Below, one piece after another: positions 7,146 through 15,799 of a DNA stretch of 19,153 nt. The DNA is from Clostridia bacterium. GTDB taxonomy: Bacteria; Bacillota; Clostridia; Christensenellales; Aristaeellaceae. The position numbers and the translations under genes were made by a program. Position 1 is the stretch's first letter; every line of letters begins with the position of its first letter. The notes beneath the pieces were generated by a model. It searched no databases. It was not told the DNA's origin and saw only the letters and a program-made list of their open reading frames with translations. The DNA lies in contig JAUNDF010000040.1 in NCBI GenBank assembly GCA_030526225.1, forward strand, positions 1 to 19,153. The letters run 5' to 3'.

Positions 7146-9338
7146 ATGGTCACCATTAAAGATATCGCAAAAGCGGCAGGGGTTGCACAGGGAACGGTTT
7201 CCAATGTGCTCAACGGCCGCGGCAATGTGAGCAGTGAAAAAATCAAGCACGTGCTGTAGGTCAGCGAGCGGCTTGGCTATATTCCCAACGAGCGCGCCAA
7301 AATGCTCCGCAAGGGCCGCAGCCGCCTTTTGGGCGTGATTCTGCCCAATCTGCAGTCCAAGCGGTATGCGGTTTTTCTATCCAGCTTCAAAAGCTGTGCG
7401 GAGGAAAATAATTATAATGTGCGCATTTACTGGCCCCGCCGCAACAGCCGGGAGGAAGAGGACGCATTGATTCAGCAGGCCCGCAGCGATATGGTGGAGG
7501 GTCTTGCTCTGTTTTCCGGCTTTGCAAAGGAGCGGGAGCAGGGCGAAGCGGGGCCGATGAAAATCGTGTATGTGGAGCGCAAGCCGTCCTTTGCGGCGGA
7601 TTACATCGGCTTTGATTTTGCCCGCGCCGGGGAAGAAATGGCCCGGCAGATTCTGCAGGATGGTCACCGGCGGGTGTATGTCATTACCGAGTCCCTGAAC
7701 TGCTCCCACACGGAAGCGTTTTACGGCAGCCTGACGGGGGTGCTTTCCGCCGGGGGCTGCAAGGTATCCGCCATCCAGACAGACCAGCGCCGGCAGTCGC
7801 AGAACATCCTGCGTGGGCTGGACCATATCAGGCCCGATGCCGTGGTCTGCTCCTGCCTTGATTTTGCCCAGGATGCGCAGAACATTCTGGCAACCTTTTT
7901 CCAGCGGGAAATGCCGGCTGTCTATACCCTGTCCCACATCTTCACCCTGCCGGAGGGACATTTCCGCAAATATGAACTGAACTACGGCCAGCTGGGCAAC
8001 AAGACCGCCCGGCAATTAATCCGGCAGATTGAGCATCAGGAGGAAGAGCTGCCTCCCGCAGAGCAGCTGGTGGAAAACACAGGCTTCCGCTGCTGGGCGC
8101 CCATGCCTGTCAGTCACCCATCCACCCGCCCCTTGAACGTACTGACGCTGGATAACCCCGCTGCCCTTGCCACCCGGCAGATGGCGCATTTGTATACCAG
8201 CTACACCGGCGTGCCGGTGAATGTCACGATTTCCTCCTATGATGAAATCTACGAAATTTTCAGCAATCTGGACAACGATTCCACCTTCGATGTGCTGCGG
8301 CTGGATACCACATGGCTCAACTGGTTTGCGGAAAAGCTGCTGCTGCCGCTGGACGAAATTGACCCGACCATCCGCACGGTGCTGGATGATTTTCTGCCCG
8401 GCACACCGGAGCATTATTCCTACGTCAACGGAAAGCTGTATGCGCTGCCCTACAGCCCATCCACCCAGCTGATGTTTTACAGGACCGACCTGTTTTCATC
8501 CCCCATCTGCAAGCGGACCTTCCAATAGAAATACCATACAGAGCTGACTGTGCCCCAGACCTTTGATGAGTTCAACCGAATTGCGGCCTTCTTCACCCGG
8601 GCCAACAATCCGGATTCTCCGGTGGAATACGGGGCAACGCTGACACTGGGCTCCACGGGCGTGGCGGGCAGTGAATTCCTCAGCCGCATTTTCTCTGTGC
8701 AGGAGGATTTGTTTGATGACCATGGCCTGATTCATCTGGACAGCCCTGTGGCCATCCGCGCCCTTGAGCAGATGATCAGCCTGCTGCCCTGCACCGAGCC
8801 GGACCGCTGCAAGTGGTGGACCGACACAGCGGAGGCCTTCGCCGGCGGCAATGTGGCCATGACCATCCTGTACAACAACTTCACCGCGCCGCTGCTCAGC
8901 TCCCATTCCCGTGTGCCGGATAAAATCGGCTACGCCATGGTCCCCGGCAACCGCCCGATTCTGGGCGGCGGCTCTCTGGGCGTGTCGAAGTATTCCAAGC
9001 AGCCGGAGCAGGCCATGAATCTGGTGCGCTGGTTCTGCAGTGAGCCGGTGTCCTCTGCGGCGGCCATGCTGGGCGGCACCTCCTCGTGCAGCAAATCCTA
9101 CAACAATTACGAAATCATCAACAACTATCCGTGGCTGAGGCTGGCCAAGAAGTGCTTCCATTCCGCCACGGGCCGCCGGCTGCCGGAAACCGTGGCAGCG
9201 CCCTTCAACGAGCGGCGGTTCCTGGGCATCATCGGACGCGCCGTGAAGAGTGCCTGCAGCGGCGCCCTGTCCCCGGAGGAGGCGCTGCTCCACGCCCAAA
9301 AGCAGTATGAGGACCAGTTCGGCGAGTTCATCAAATGA
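7146..9338 (+). CDS. LacI-family HTH + PBP1 sugar-binding core + family-1 extracellular-solute-binding-protein-like domain, in one ~730-codon frame interrupted by two in-frame TAGs (7257-7259 and 8526-8528)
   Basis: RBS AGAGGTGA is followed by ATG at 7146. The sequence reads [71 protein letters not shown]... (LacI HTH and hinge). It continues through ORF 7302-8528 to ...[44 protein letters not shown]..., joining ORF 8550-9338. All three pieces are in frame 3. No signal peptide or TM helix is present. The stop is TGA followed by TAA. Confidence 0.75.
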
Positions 9339-9353
9339 TAAAATAACGATAAC

Positions 9354-9403
9354 AAAAAGCAGCCCGTGCCTGACCGGTTTTGGTCACAGCACGGGCTGTT
9401 TTG
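9354..9403. terminator. Bidirectional intrinsic terminator between the convergent LacI-fusion (+) and 901-aa membrane protein (-) genes
   Basis: AAAAA, then GCAGCCCGTGC (9359-9369), an inner TGACC/GGTCA hairpin, GCACGGGCTG (9389-9398), then TTTT. Confidence 0.7.
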
Positions 9404-9419
9404 ATGCGTTGAGGTGGGA

Positions 9420-12125
9420 TTACTTCTTACCGGAATCCCCGCGGAGGAAGGAAACCAGCATGACCACATAGCCTGCCACATACAGTGCGCCGCCCAGCAT
9501 CAGGCTGACCTTCAGCGCCAGATGACCCAGCGCGTACAGAATCAGCGCGATGATAACGGGCAGGTTGATGGCCCTGCGGGAAATGCGGCTGCAGCGGAAG
9601 GCCAGCTGCAGGGCAGGGGTCAGGGCGAGGCCCTTGACAATCAGCACCGCCGGGGTCTTTGTCTTGGGGAAGGAGAACCAGATGGGCAGTGCGAACAGCA
9701 CGAAGAAGAAGGCCGTCAGCAGGGTGGTGCGGATGAAGGTCACCGCGGCATTGGTGCGGGAAACATCGCGGCGCTCATCGCTGCGGATGACCATCACGGC
9801 AAACAGTGCAGTCAGGGGAGAGATGAACCGCAGATCGTCAATGGTGCCGGGGAGGCCCAGCATCATGCCCACAAAGATGGACAGGCTGCACTGGAACAGC
9901 ATCAGCCAGGACATGCGCTGCACTTTGCCGCGGTACTCGCTGTGTTGAACGCCCAGTAGACATTCAATGGCCAGCAGTGCGTGGAGCAGCATGCCGCACA
10001 CCAGATAAAGCACCGTGCCGAGGCTGAGATTATCCGGCGCCTTTGCCAGCAGCCTTGCGATGTAGGGCAGCACATTGTGCACAAGGCCCATGCGGCTGAT
10101 GAGCGCAGTGAGGAAGGTGAGGGAGAAATACGCGGACAGGCCCGCGGCAATCCACATGCTGATGCGGCCTGCGCGGCTGGGCTCCACCGGTGCGGAGCGG
10201 TGCTTCTTTTTCGTGAGCAGGGAAGAGATGACGATGTAGATGATGATAATCTGGCTGGAAATGATGTAGGGCCAGAAGATGGTCAGGCTGGAGATGATAG
10301 CCTTCAGCTCCTCGCTGTCTGCCTGACCGGAGGCTTCGTGCAGCACCATGTCGGACAGGGTGCCGGGCTTATCCTGAAAGTGCAGCTGGCGGCCGGTGAT
10401 GTCCGTCATGGAGACGGTGGCTATGCTGTCCGTCTTGCCCTGACGAAGCTGCAGGGTGATTTCTTCCCCTTCGGCAAGGGTGACAGGGTCGGAAATGTAC
10501 ATGTGCCGCACATTGGTTTCCAGCGGAACAACGCCCACAGCGGCCTGTGTGTCGGTGGCCTTGTTGGCCTTCAGCTTCAGGATATACCGTCTGCCGGCTT
10601 GTGCGGGCAGGCGCAGATACTGTGCCTGCCGAAGGGCAAAGGCGGCCATGCTGTCATCCAGCGGAACGGCTTCTTCGCCATCCTGCATGCGGGAGACGGA
10701 AACGGTCACATCGCCCATAACAACAATCTGCACATATTCGCGGTGAGCGTACAGCTCCTCCGGCGGGATGTCGGACAGCAGCCAGCTGAGGTACACCTTG
10801 GGCAGATGCTCGCCCACCACATCCAGACCGCCGGAGAGCACATTGACCCACACGTTGCTGCTCTGGGGCACATCGGGCAGGGCTTCCTCCTTGACCAGAC
10901 CCAGCTCGCTCATCTTTTTCAGATCCAGCAGCACAACGGCTTTCAGGGGCGTCCAGACAGACTGGTTGCTCTCGATGATGTCCACCAGCAGCGCCTTGGA
11001 CAGGATGCCCAGATCGTGGAGGGTTTCCTCCCATGTTTCGGTGTGGGTGGCTTCGTGGGCATCGGCTACGAACAGGAAGGTCATCAGCTTGTTGGCAAAG
11101 CTCTTTTCGATGCCCATGGCGGAAACAGCCGCATCCTGCACGCGCTGGACGAAGGTTTGTGCATCGGGGGCATAGCCGGCGGATATGGCCAGCACACGGC
11201 CCAGCAGCCAGTTGCGCTCCACCAGAGAGCGGAAGGGCTCGCCCACGCCTGCCATCCTGTCATACACGGCCTCGGCTTTGGAAACCAGCTCCTCGTAGTT
11301 GTCGTTGGTTTCACGGGCGGGGAGGAACAAAGTGGTGCCGTGGCGGGTGTAGCCCCAGTCCTGCAGGGGGACATGGGGGACGGCATCAAAGCTGTTGCAG
11401 ATGCAGTACAGCTGGGGATAGGCAACGGGCGTGGTGGTGGTATTGGGGGTGGCGAAGGAATAGCCGAACACATCCGTGTCGATAAACCGGCCGGACTGCA
11501 GCAGCAGATGACCCAGCAGGTTGCTCACCGCGCCGGAGCGGCTGAAGCCGCTGGTCCAGACCTTGATGCGCTTGCCGGGGTAGTGGTCTTCGATGTAATG
11601 AATCAGCCGGGTATAGACCTGCTGGGCGGAGCTGAGGAAGCCGTCGTGGTTGATGTATTCGCCCACGGACACATTGCTGGCCCATTCCGTTTTGTAGCCC
11701 TGACCGCATACGGGCACGGCCACAAGGATGTACTCGTCGCCGTTTTCATCCCGCATGGGGCGGGCGGCGATGACGTTGGAAATGGTATCAGGGCCGGGGT
11801 TTTCGTGGTAGCCGTAGGCCTGATAGTTTTCAAAGCCAAGGTCGGTGAAGAACTTCTGAATGATGCGGTCGGATTCCTTCAGCGGCACCAGCGTATCCCG
11901 GAAAGCCGCACAGGTCATCATCAGCGACAATCTGGCGATGGTGTGGTTGTAGGACTGGGACGGCGCGTGGAACTCCGACAGGGACAAATCCACCGGATAA
12001 TCGAAATCGATATAGGTCTTCGGGGAGAGGAAGGTGATGTGCACATCGGTGGTCTCTGCCAGCGCCGGCAGCTGACACAGCAGCATCACGCAGCAGAGCA
12101 GCAGGGCACAGATTCGTTTGAGCAT
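9420..12125 (-). CDS. 901-aa exported alpha/beta-hydrolase (class-3-lipase-like) domain fused to a C-terminal polytopic membrane domain
   Basis: RBS AGGAGAG lies 6 nt before ATG at 12125. The signal peptide is MLKRICALLLCCVMLLCQLPALA|ETT. A nucleophile-elbow-like KVWTSGFSRSGAVSNLLGH lies at about residues 188-206, with a lipase_3-like context. An unassigned region of about 350 aa follows, then about 290 aa with about 9 hydrophobic helices. The stop is TAA. The fold assignment is from motif memory only. Confidence 0.6.
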   Translation of the reverse strand: MLKRICALLLCCVMLLCQLPALAETTDVHITFLSPKTYIDFDYPVDLSLSEFHAPSQSYNHTIARLSLMMTCAAFRDTLVPLKESDRIIQKFFTDLGFENYQAYGYHENPGPDTISNVIAARPMRDENGDEYILVAVPVCGQGYKTEWASNVSVGEYINHDGFLSSAQQVYTRLIHYIEDHYPGKRIKVWTSGFSRSGAVSNLLGHLLLQSGRFIDTDVFGYSFATPNTTTTPVAYPQLYCICNSFDAVPHVPLQDWGYTRHGTTLFLPARETNDNYEELVSKAEAVYDRMAGVGEPFRSLVERNWLLGRVLAISAGYAPDAQTFVQRVQDAAVSAMGIEKSFANKLMTFLFVADAHEATHTETWEETLHDLGILSKALLVDIIESNQSVWTPLKAVVLLDLKKMSELGLVKEEALPDVPQSSNVWVNVLSGGLDVVGEHLPKVYLSWLLSDIPPEELYAHREYVQIVVMGDVTVSVSRMQDGEEAVPLDDSMAAFALRQAQYLRLPAQAGRRYILKLKANKATDTQAAVGVVPLETNVRHMYISDPVTLAEGEEITLQLRQGKTDSIATVSMTDITGRQLHFQDKPGTLSDMVLHEASGQADSEELKAIISSLTIFWPYIISSQIIIIYIVISSLLTKKKHRSAPVEPSRAGRISMWIAAGLSAYFSLTFLTALISRMGLVHNVLPYIARLLAKAPDNLSLGTVLYLVCGMLLHALLAIECLLGVQHSEYRGKVQRMSWLMLFQCSLSIFVGMMLGLPGTIDDLRFISPLTALFAVMVIRSDERRDVSRTNAAVTFIRTTLLTAFFFVLFALPIWFSFPKTKTPAVLIVKGLALTPALQLAFRCSRISRRAINLPVIIALILYALGHLALKVSLMLGGALYVAGYVVMLVSFLRGDSGKK

Positions 12126-12167
12126 AGGTGTCTCTCCTGTGATGATTGGGATGGGCTGATGTTCAGC

Positions 12168-12710
12168 TTACAGCCGGTACTCCATGTACGCTTTGCCGTC
12201 CATGTCCTTCCAGGTGAACAGGCCGTTTTCCAGCACCATGTAGCTGTGAGCGGAGCCTTCCTTGGGGATGGAGACAGAGCCGGGGTTGAGGTAGCGCACG
12301 CCGTTTTCCTCGGTGTTGGCGGGGATGTGGGTGTGGCCGTGGAGCAGAATGTCACCCTTGTGCAGGGGCGGCAGCTGCTTGAGGTTGTAATTGTGGCCGT
12401 GGGTGGCAAAAATCATCTTTTCACCCTCGCAGATGATGGCGTACTCGGTCAGCACGGGGAAGTCCAGCACCATCTGGTCAACCTCGGTGTCGCAGTTGCC
12501 GCGCACGCACAGGATATCATCCTTCAGGGGATTGAGCATGGCAATCACCTGCTTGGGGGCGTATTCCTCGGGCAGGTCGTTGCGGGGGCCGTGGTAGAGC
12601 ACATCGCCCAGCAGCAGCAGGCGGTCGGCACCCTCGCGGGCATAGGCATCCAGCATGGCGCGGCACCATTTGGCGGAGCCGTGAATATCGGAAGCAATCA
12701 GCCATTTCAT
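12168..12710 (-). CDS. yfcE: YfcE-type (MJ0936 family) metallophosphoesterase / phosphodiesterase
   Basis: The 180-aa product is collinear with E. coli YfcE as I recall it: ASDIHGS, LLLGDVLYHGPRN.LPE.YAP, VRGNCD.EVDQM, THGH, GHTH and NPGSVSIPK. The stop is TAA. Confidence 0.85.
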   Translation of the reverse strand: MKWLIASDIHGSAKWCRAMLDAYAREGADRLLLLGDVLYHGPRNDLPEEYAPKQVIAMLNPLKDDILCVRGNCDTEVDQMVLDFPVLTEYAIICEGEKMIFATHGHNYNLKQLPPLHKGDILLHGHTHIPANTEENGVRYLNPGSVSIPKEGSAHSYMVLENGLFTWKDMDGKAYMEYRL

Positions 12711-12934
12711 TTCTGCTCATTCTCCTTTTCAGCCTTGGCAGCAGCGCGCTCCTGCAGGTAATTAATCAGAATCGAGGTCAAGCCGAAGAGCAGGAACAGG
12801 CTCATGGGGGTGATGACCCATGCCAGATTCTCCGCCAGCGTGCGCTGAACCATCAGCACAATCACAGCCACCACAAAAACCACCATGCAGGCCAGCGCCA
12901 GCAGGGCCAGAAGCTTTTTTACCTTGTTCGTCAT
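12707..12934 (-). CDS. Small hypothetical membrane protein (about 75 aa, 2 TM)
   Basis: AAAGGAGA lies 6 nt before ATG at 12934 (ATG at 12940 abuts the SD). There are two hydrophobic helices and a charged tail, AAAKAEKENEQK. The TGA stop overlaps the yfcE ATG (ATGA). Confidence 0.5.
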   Translation of the reverse strand: MTNKVKKLLALLALACMVVFVVAVIVLMVQRTLAENLAWVITPMSLFLLFGLTSILINYLQERAAAKAEKENEQK

Positions 12935-12974
12935 ATGCATTCTCCTTTTATATCCTGTTGATTGGTATGCGTGA

Positions 12975-13706
12975 TTATATCACCAGTCCGCCGTTGACGC
13001 CCAGCACCTGCCCGGTGATGAAGGCGGCTTTTTCGTCTGCCAGATACAGCACCGCATCAGCCACTTCGCTTGGCTGACCGGCCCGCTCCAGGGGCGTTTC
13101 CTCATTGATGGCAGCAATATCCTATGGGGACAGATGGGCGTTCATCTCGGTCATAATCAGCCCGGGGGATACGCAGTTGACACGGATGCCGCTGGGGCCC
13201 AGCTCCTTGGCCAGCGCCTTGGTCAGGCCGATGACCGCCGCCTTGGCCGCGGAATAGGCCGCCTCGCAGGAGGCACCCGTTTCGCCCCACATGGAGGCAA
13301 TGTTGATGATGCTGCCGCTCTTTTGAGAAACCATGGCGGGGATGGCGGCCCGGCAGGTGAGGAACACGCCCTTCACATCGGTGTCAAACAGCCGGTCCCA
13401 TTCCTGCACGGTCATGTCCTGCAATAGCCCTATGTGGGCGATGCCGGCATTGTTCACCACCGCATCGATGCGGCGGCATGTGCGGAGGATTTCCGCCATG
13501 GCCGCGTTCACCTGCTGCTCATCGGTGATATCCACCTGCATGCCCCGGGCGGTATAGCCCTGCGCTGCCATGGCGCGGGTGATTTCCTCTGCGGCGGCAG
13601 CGGCACTGCGGTACCAGAACACGGTGGTGTATCCGGCGCGGCAGAAGGCTTCCGTACAGGCACGGCCGATGCCGCGGGTGCCGCCGGTAATCAATGCCAC
13701 CTTCAT
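12975..13706 (-). CDS. Short-chain dehydrogenase/reductase (FabG-like) interrupted by one in-frame TAG (complement of 13122-13124). It is a pseudogene under code 11 unless TAG is read through.
   Basis: The product has TGGTRGIGRA (Rossmann), NNAG and a YSAAK catalytic motif. It reads ...GLIMTEMNAHLSP-TAG-DIAAINEETPLERAGQPSEVADAVLYLADEKAAFITGQVLGVNGGLVI, then TAA (12975-12977). I translated the 49 codons after the TAG by hand. They are the canonical SDR C-terminus, in the same frame. Confidence 0.85.
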
Positions 13707-14356
13707 GCGTTTTCCTCCAGCAGGGCAAACAACTCATGGGGATGATGGATGATAAACTCTGCGCCGCTCTCCCGCAGCTCCTGCTCCTCCCGGAAGCCCC
13801 AGGTCACGCCCACGGGATGCATGCCGGCGGCTGCTGCACAGCGCATGTCGGTGGAGGTATCGCCTAAATAAAGGAAGTTTTCCGGCGCGATGCCCATTTC
13901 CCGGGCGGCAATCAGCGTACCGTCGGGGGCGGGCTTCACGGGGACGCCGTCCACCTGACCACGGATGACATCAAAGGAAACCTGAGGGAAATAGTGATGG
14001 ATGACATTCACCGTGTCGTTGTGGGGCTTGTTGGAGAACACGCACAGCTTCAGGCCGGTGGTCATCAGCTGCTGCAGCATTTCAGGAATGCCCTCATAAG
14101 GTCTGGTGGTCACCTGCGTATGGTCCTGATACCATGACTGATACTCCCTGCGCACCGCATCGGCCAGCTCCTGATGCTCGCCCACAGCGCGCTTTGCAAG
14201 GGTGTATACGCCGTCACCTACCATGTAGCGGTATGCATCTACCTCGTATTCGGGCAGTCCGTGCAGGCGAAGGGCGCGGTTCATGGCATTGGCAATATCC
14301 AGCAGGGTGTTGTTGAGTGTGCCGTCCAGATCAAACAGAATGGCTTTGATATCCAC
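13703..14356 (-). CDS. HAD-IA hydrolase, phosphoglycolate-phosphatase-like
   Basis: The product begins VDIKAILFDLDGTL (motif I) and also has SNKP and GDTSTDM motifs. I chose GTG at 14356 because GAGGTGA lies 5 nt upstream. The ORF-track TTG at 14377 has no SD. The TGA stop overlaps the SDR ATG (ATGA). Confidence 0.8.
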   Translation of the reverse strand: MDIKAILFDLDGTLNNTLLDIANAMNRALRLHGLPEYEVDAYRYMVGDGVYTLAKRAVGEHQELADAVRREYQSWYQDHTQVTTRPYEGIPEMLQQLMTTGLKLCVFSNKPHNDTVNVIHHYFPQVSFDVIRGQVDGVPVKPAPDGTLIAAREMGIAPENFLYLGDTSTDMRCAAAAGMHPVGVTWGFREEQELRESGAEFIIHHPHELFALLEENA

Positions 14357-14436
14357 AAAAATCACCTCGAAAATCAATCCGATAAATATCCAACTTTAGC
14401 AATTCGCTGTGCAATTGCGTTTTTCCTGCCCGATGA

Positions 14437-14464
14437 TTGACAATTGATGGCAGTGTGCTATCAT
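14437..14464 (+). promoter_or_regulatory. Candidate promoter for the YjjG-like HAD / nitroreductase pair
   Basis: TTGACA at 14437-14442, a 16-nt spacer, and TATCAT at 14459-14464. Confidence 0.45.
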
Positions 14465-14511
14465 GAATGATGAAAAGAATCCCTGCTGAAAGAGAAACGG
14501 AGCATACAATT

Positions 14512-15195
14512 ATGTACAAATATTTGCTGGCGGATAACGACAACACCCTGATGGACTTTACTCTGGCAGAAGCCCGGGCCCTGCGGGAGGCCATGACGAT
14601 TTATCACGTGCAGGATGATGACGAAACCGTAGCCGCCTATCACCGCATCAACGATGCCCAGTGGAAGGCGCTGGAGCGCGGCGAGACCACGCAGGATAAG
14701 CTGAAGGTGGACCGGTTCGTGCTGTTCCTGGAGGCCATCGGCCGCAAGGATGTGGACGGTGCCGCCATGAGCGAATGCTATGAGGAGTGCCTGAGCCATC
14801 ATGCAGAAATGATGGAGGGCGCACAGGCTTTTCTGGAGCAGGTGCATGACCGGGGCGTGAAAATCGCGCTGGTGTCCAACGGCATCAGCCGGATTCAGCG
14901 GGGGCGTTTGAGCTGCTGCAGCTTTGCCCATCTGCTGGACGCGGTGATTATCTCTTCCGAAATCGGCGTCAACAAGCCCGATCCCCGGGTGGTGGAAGCG
15001 GCACTGGCGCAGCTGAAGTGCGAGGACAAACAGCAGGCGGTGCTGCTGGGCGACAGCCTGACCGCGGATGTGGGCGCCGCCCGAAACGCCGGTGTGGACA
15101 GCATCTGGCTGAGCCTGAAGGGCGGCACCAGCGACCTGCCCACCTACACCGTAACCGATTTGAAGCAAGCCGCCGGTATCATCATCGGCGAGTAA
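14512..15195 (+). CDS. HAD-IA hydrolase, YjjG/YfnB-like (nucleotidase-type)
   Basis: GGAG lies 9 nt before ATG at 14512. The product begins MYKYLLADNDNTLMDF (a DxDxT motif) and also has VSNG, NKPDP and GDSLTADVGAARNAGVDSIW motifs. The stop is TAA. Confidence 0.75.
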   Translation: MYKYLLADNDNTLMDFTLAEARALREAMTIYHVQDDDETVAAYHRINDAQWKALERGETTQDKLKVDRFVLFLEAIGRKDVDGAAMSECYEECLSHHAEMMEGAQAFLEQVHDRGVKIALVSNGISRIQRGRLSCCSFAHLLDAVIISSEIGVNKPDPRVVEAALAQLKCEDKQQAVLLGDSLTADVGAARNAGVDSIWLSLKGGTSDLPTYTVTDLKQAAGIIIGE

Positions 15196-15208
15196 GGAGG
15201 ATGCAATC

Positions 15209-15736
15209 ATGAATGAAGTACTCGACGCCATCAAAACACGCCGCAGTGTGAAGGCCTACAAGCCCGACATGGTGCCGCAGGAGCTGATTGATCAGGTCAT
15301 CGAGGCCGGCACCTGGGCCCCCACGGGCATGAACCGTCAGGCACCGGTGATTCTGGCCGTGACCGACAAGGTAATCCGGGACCGGCTCAGCGACATGAAC
15401 CGCCGCGTGATGGGCGCCCCCGAGGGCATGGACCCCTTCTACGGCGCACCGGTGGTGCTGGTGGTGCTGGCCGACAGGGATGCGGCGCTGACATGGCAGT
15501 ATGACGGCAGTCTGGTGCTGGGCAACATGCTGCTGGCTGCTCATGCGCTGGGTCTTGGCGGCTGCTGGATTCACCGCGCCAAGGAGGAGTTTGAGACAGA
15601 GGAGGGCAAGGCCATTCTGGAAAAGGCGGGCCTTACCGGCAATCTGGTGGGCATCGGTCACTGCGTGATTGGCTACCCCAAGGACGGCCTGCCCACACCC
15701 AAGCCCCGCAAGGACGGCTGGGTGGCAAAGCTGTAA
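15209..15736 (+). CDS. Nitroreductase family protein (FMN-dependent)
   Basis: AAGGAGGA lies 7 nt before the ATG. The signatures are AIKTRRSVKAYK, APTGMNRQ and LAAHALGLGGCW. The start is 13 nt after the previous stop. The stop is TAA. Confidence 0.85.
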   Translation: MNEVLDAIKTRRSVKAYKPDMVPQELIDQVIEAGTWAPTGMNRQAPVILAVTDKVIRDRLSDMNRRVMGAPEGMDPFYGAPVVLVVLADRDAALTWQYDGSLVLGNMLLAAHALGLGGCWIHRAKEEFETEEGKAILEKAGLTGNLVGIGHCVIGYPKDGLPTPKPRKDGWVAKL

Positions 15737-15799
15737 GCGCAAAGGGCGTTTCATCCTGTGCTTGTGAAGAATAAATCAGAAAATCTTCCCTGCAGGCAG

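Noticed and set aside
9981-12761. Very long ORF-track entries antisense to real genes: 926 aa at 9981-12761 (+), 743 aa at 16385-18616 (-), 571 aa at 3722-5437 (-), 392 aa at 2160-3338 (+), 328 aa at 813-1799 (-), 267 aa at 8496-9299 (-), 257 aa at 14461-15234 (-) and 264 aa at 409-1203 (-).
   Set aside because: Their translations are low-complexity and rich in G, A, V, H, Q, L and R, with no recognisable motifs and no SD-plus-start context. One spans two opposite-strand genes and an intergenic gap. They are the usual shadow frames produced by GC-rich third-position codon bias, and the opposite strand carries strongly recognisable proteins.
3827-13124. Pyrrolysine as the explanation for the in-frame TAGs.
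   Set aside because: None of the interrupted genes is a methylamine methyltransferase or another known Pyl protein. At least two TAGs sit at positions that are ordinarily Glu in their families. No pyl genes are in the window. Pyl cannot be formally excluded without the genome, so it is kept only as a minor alternative.
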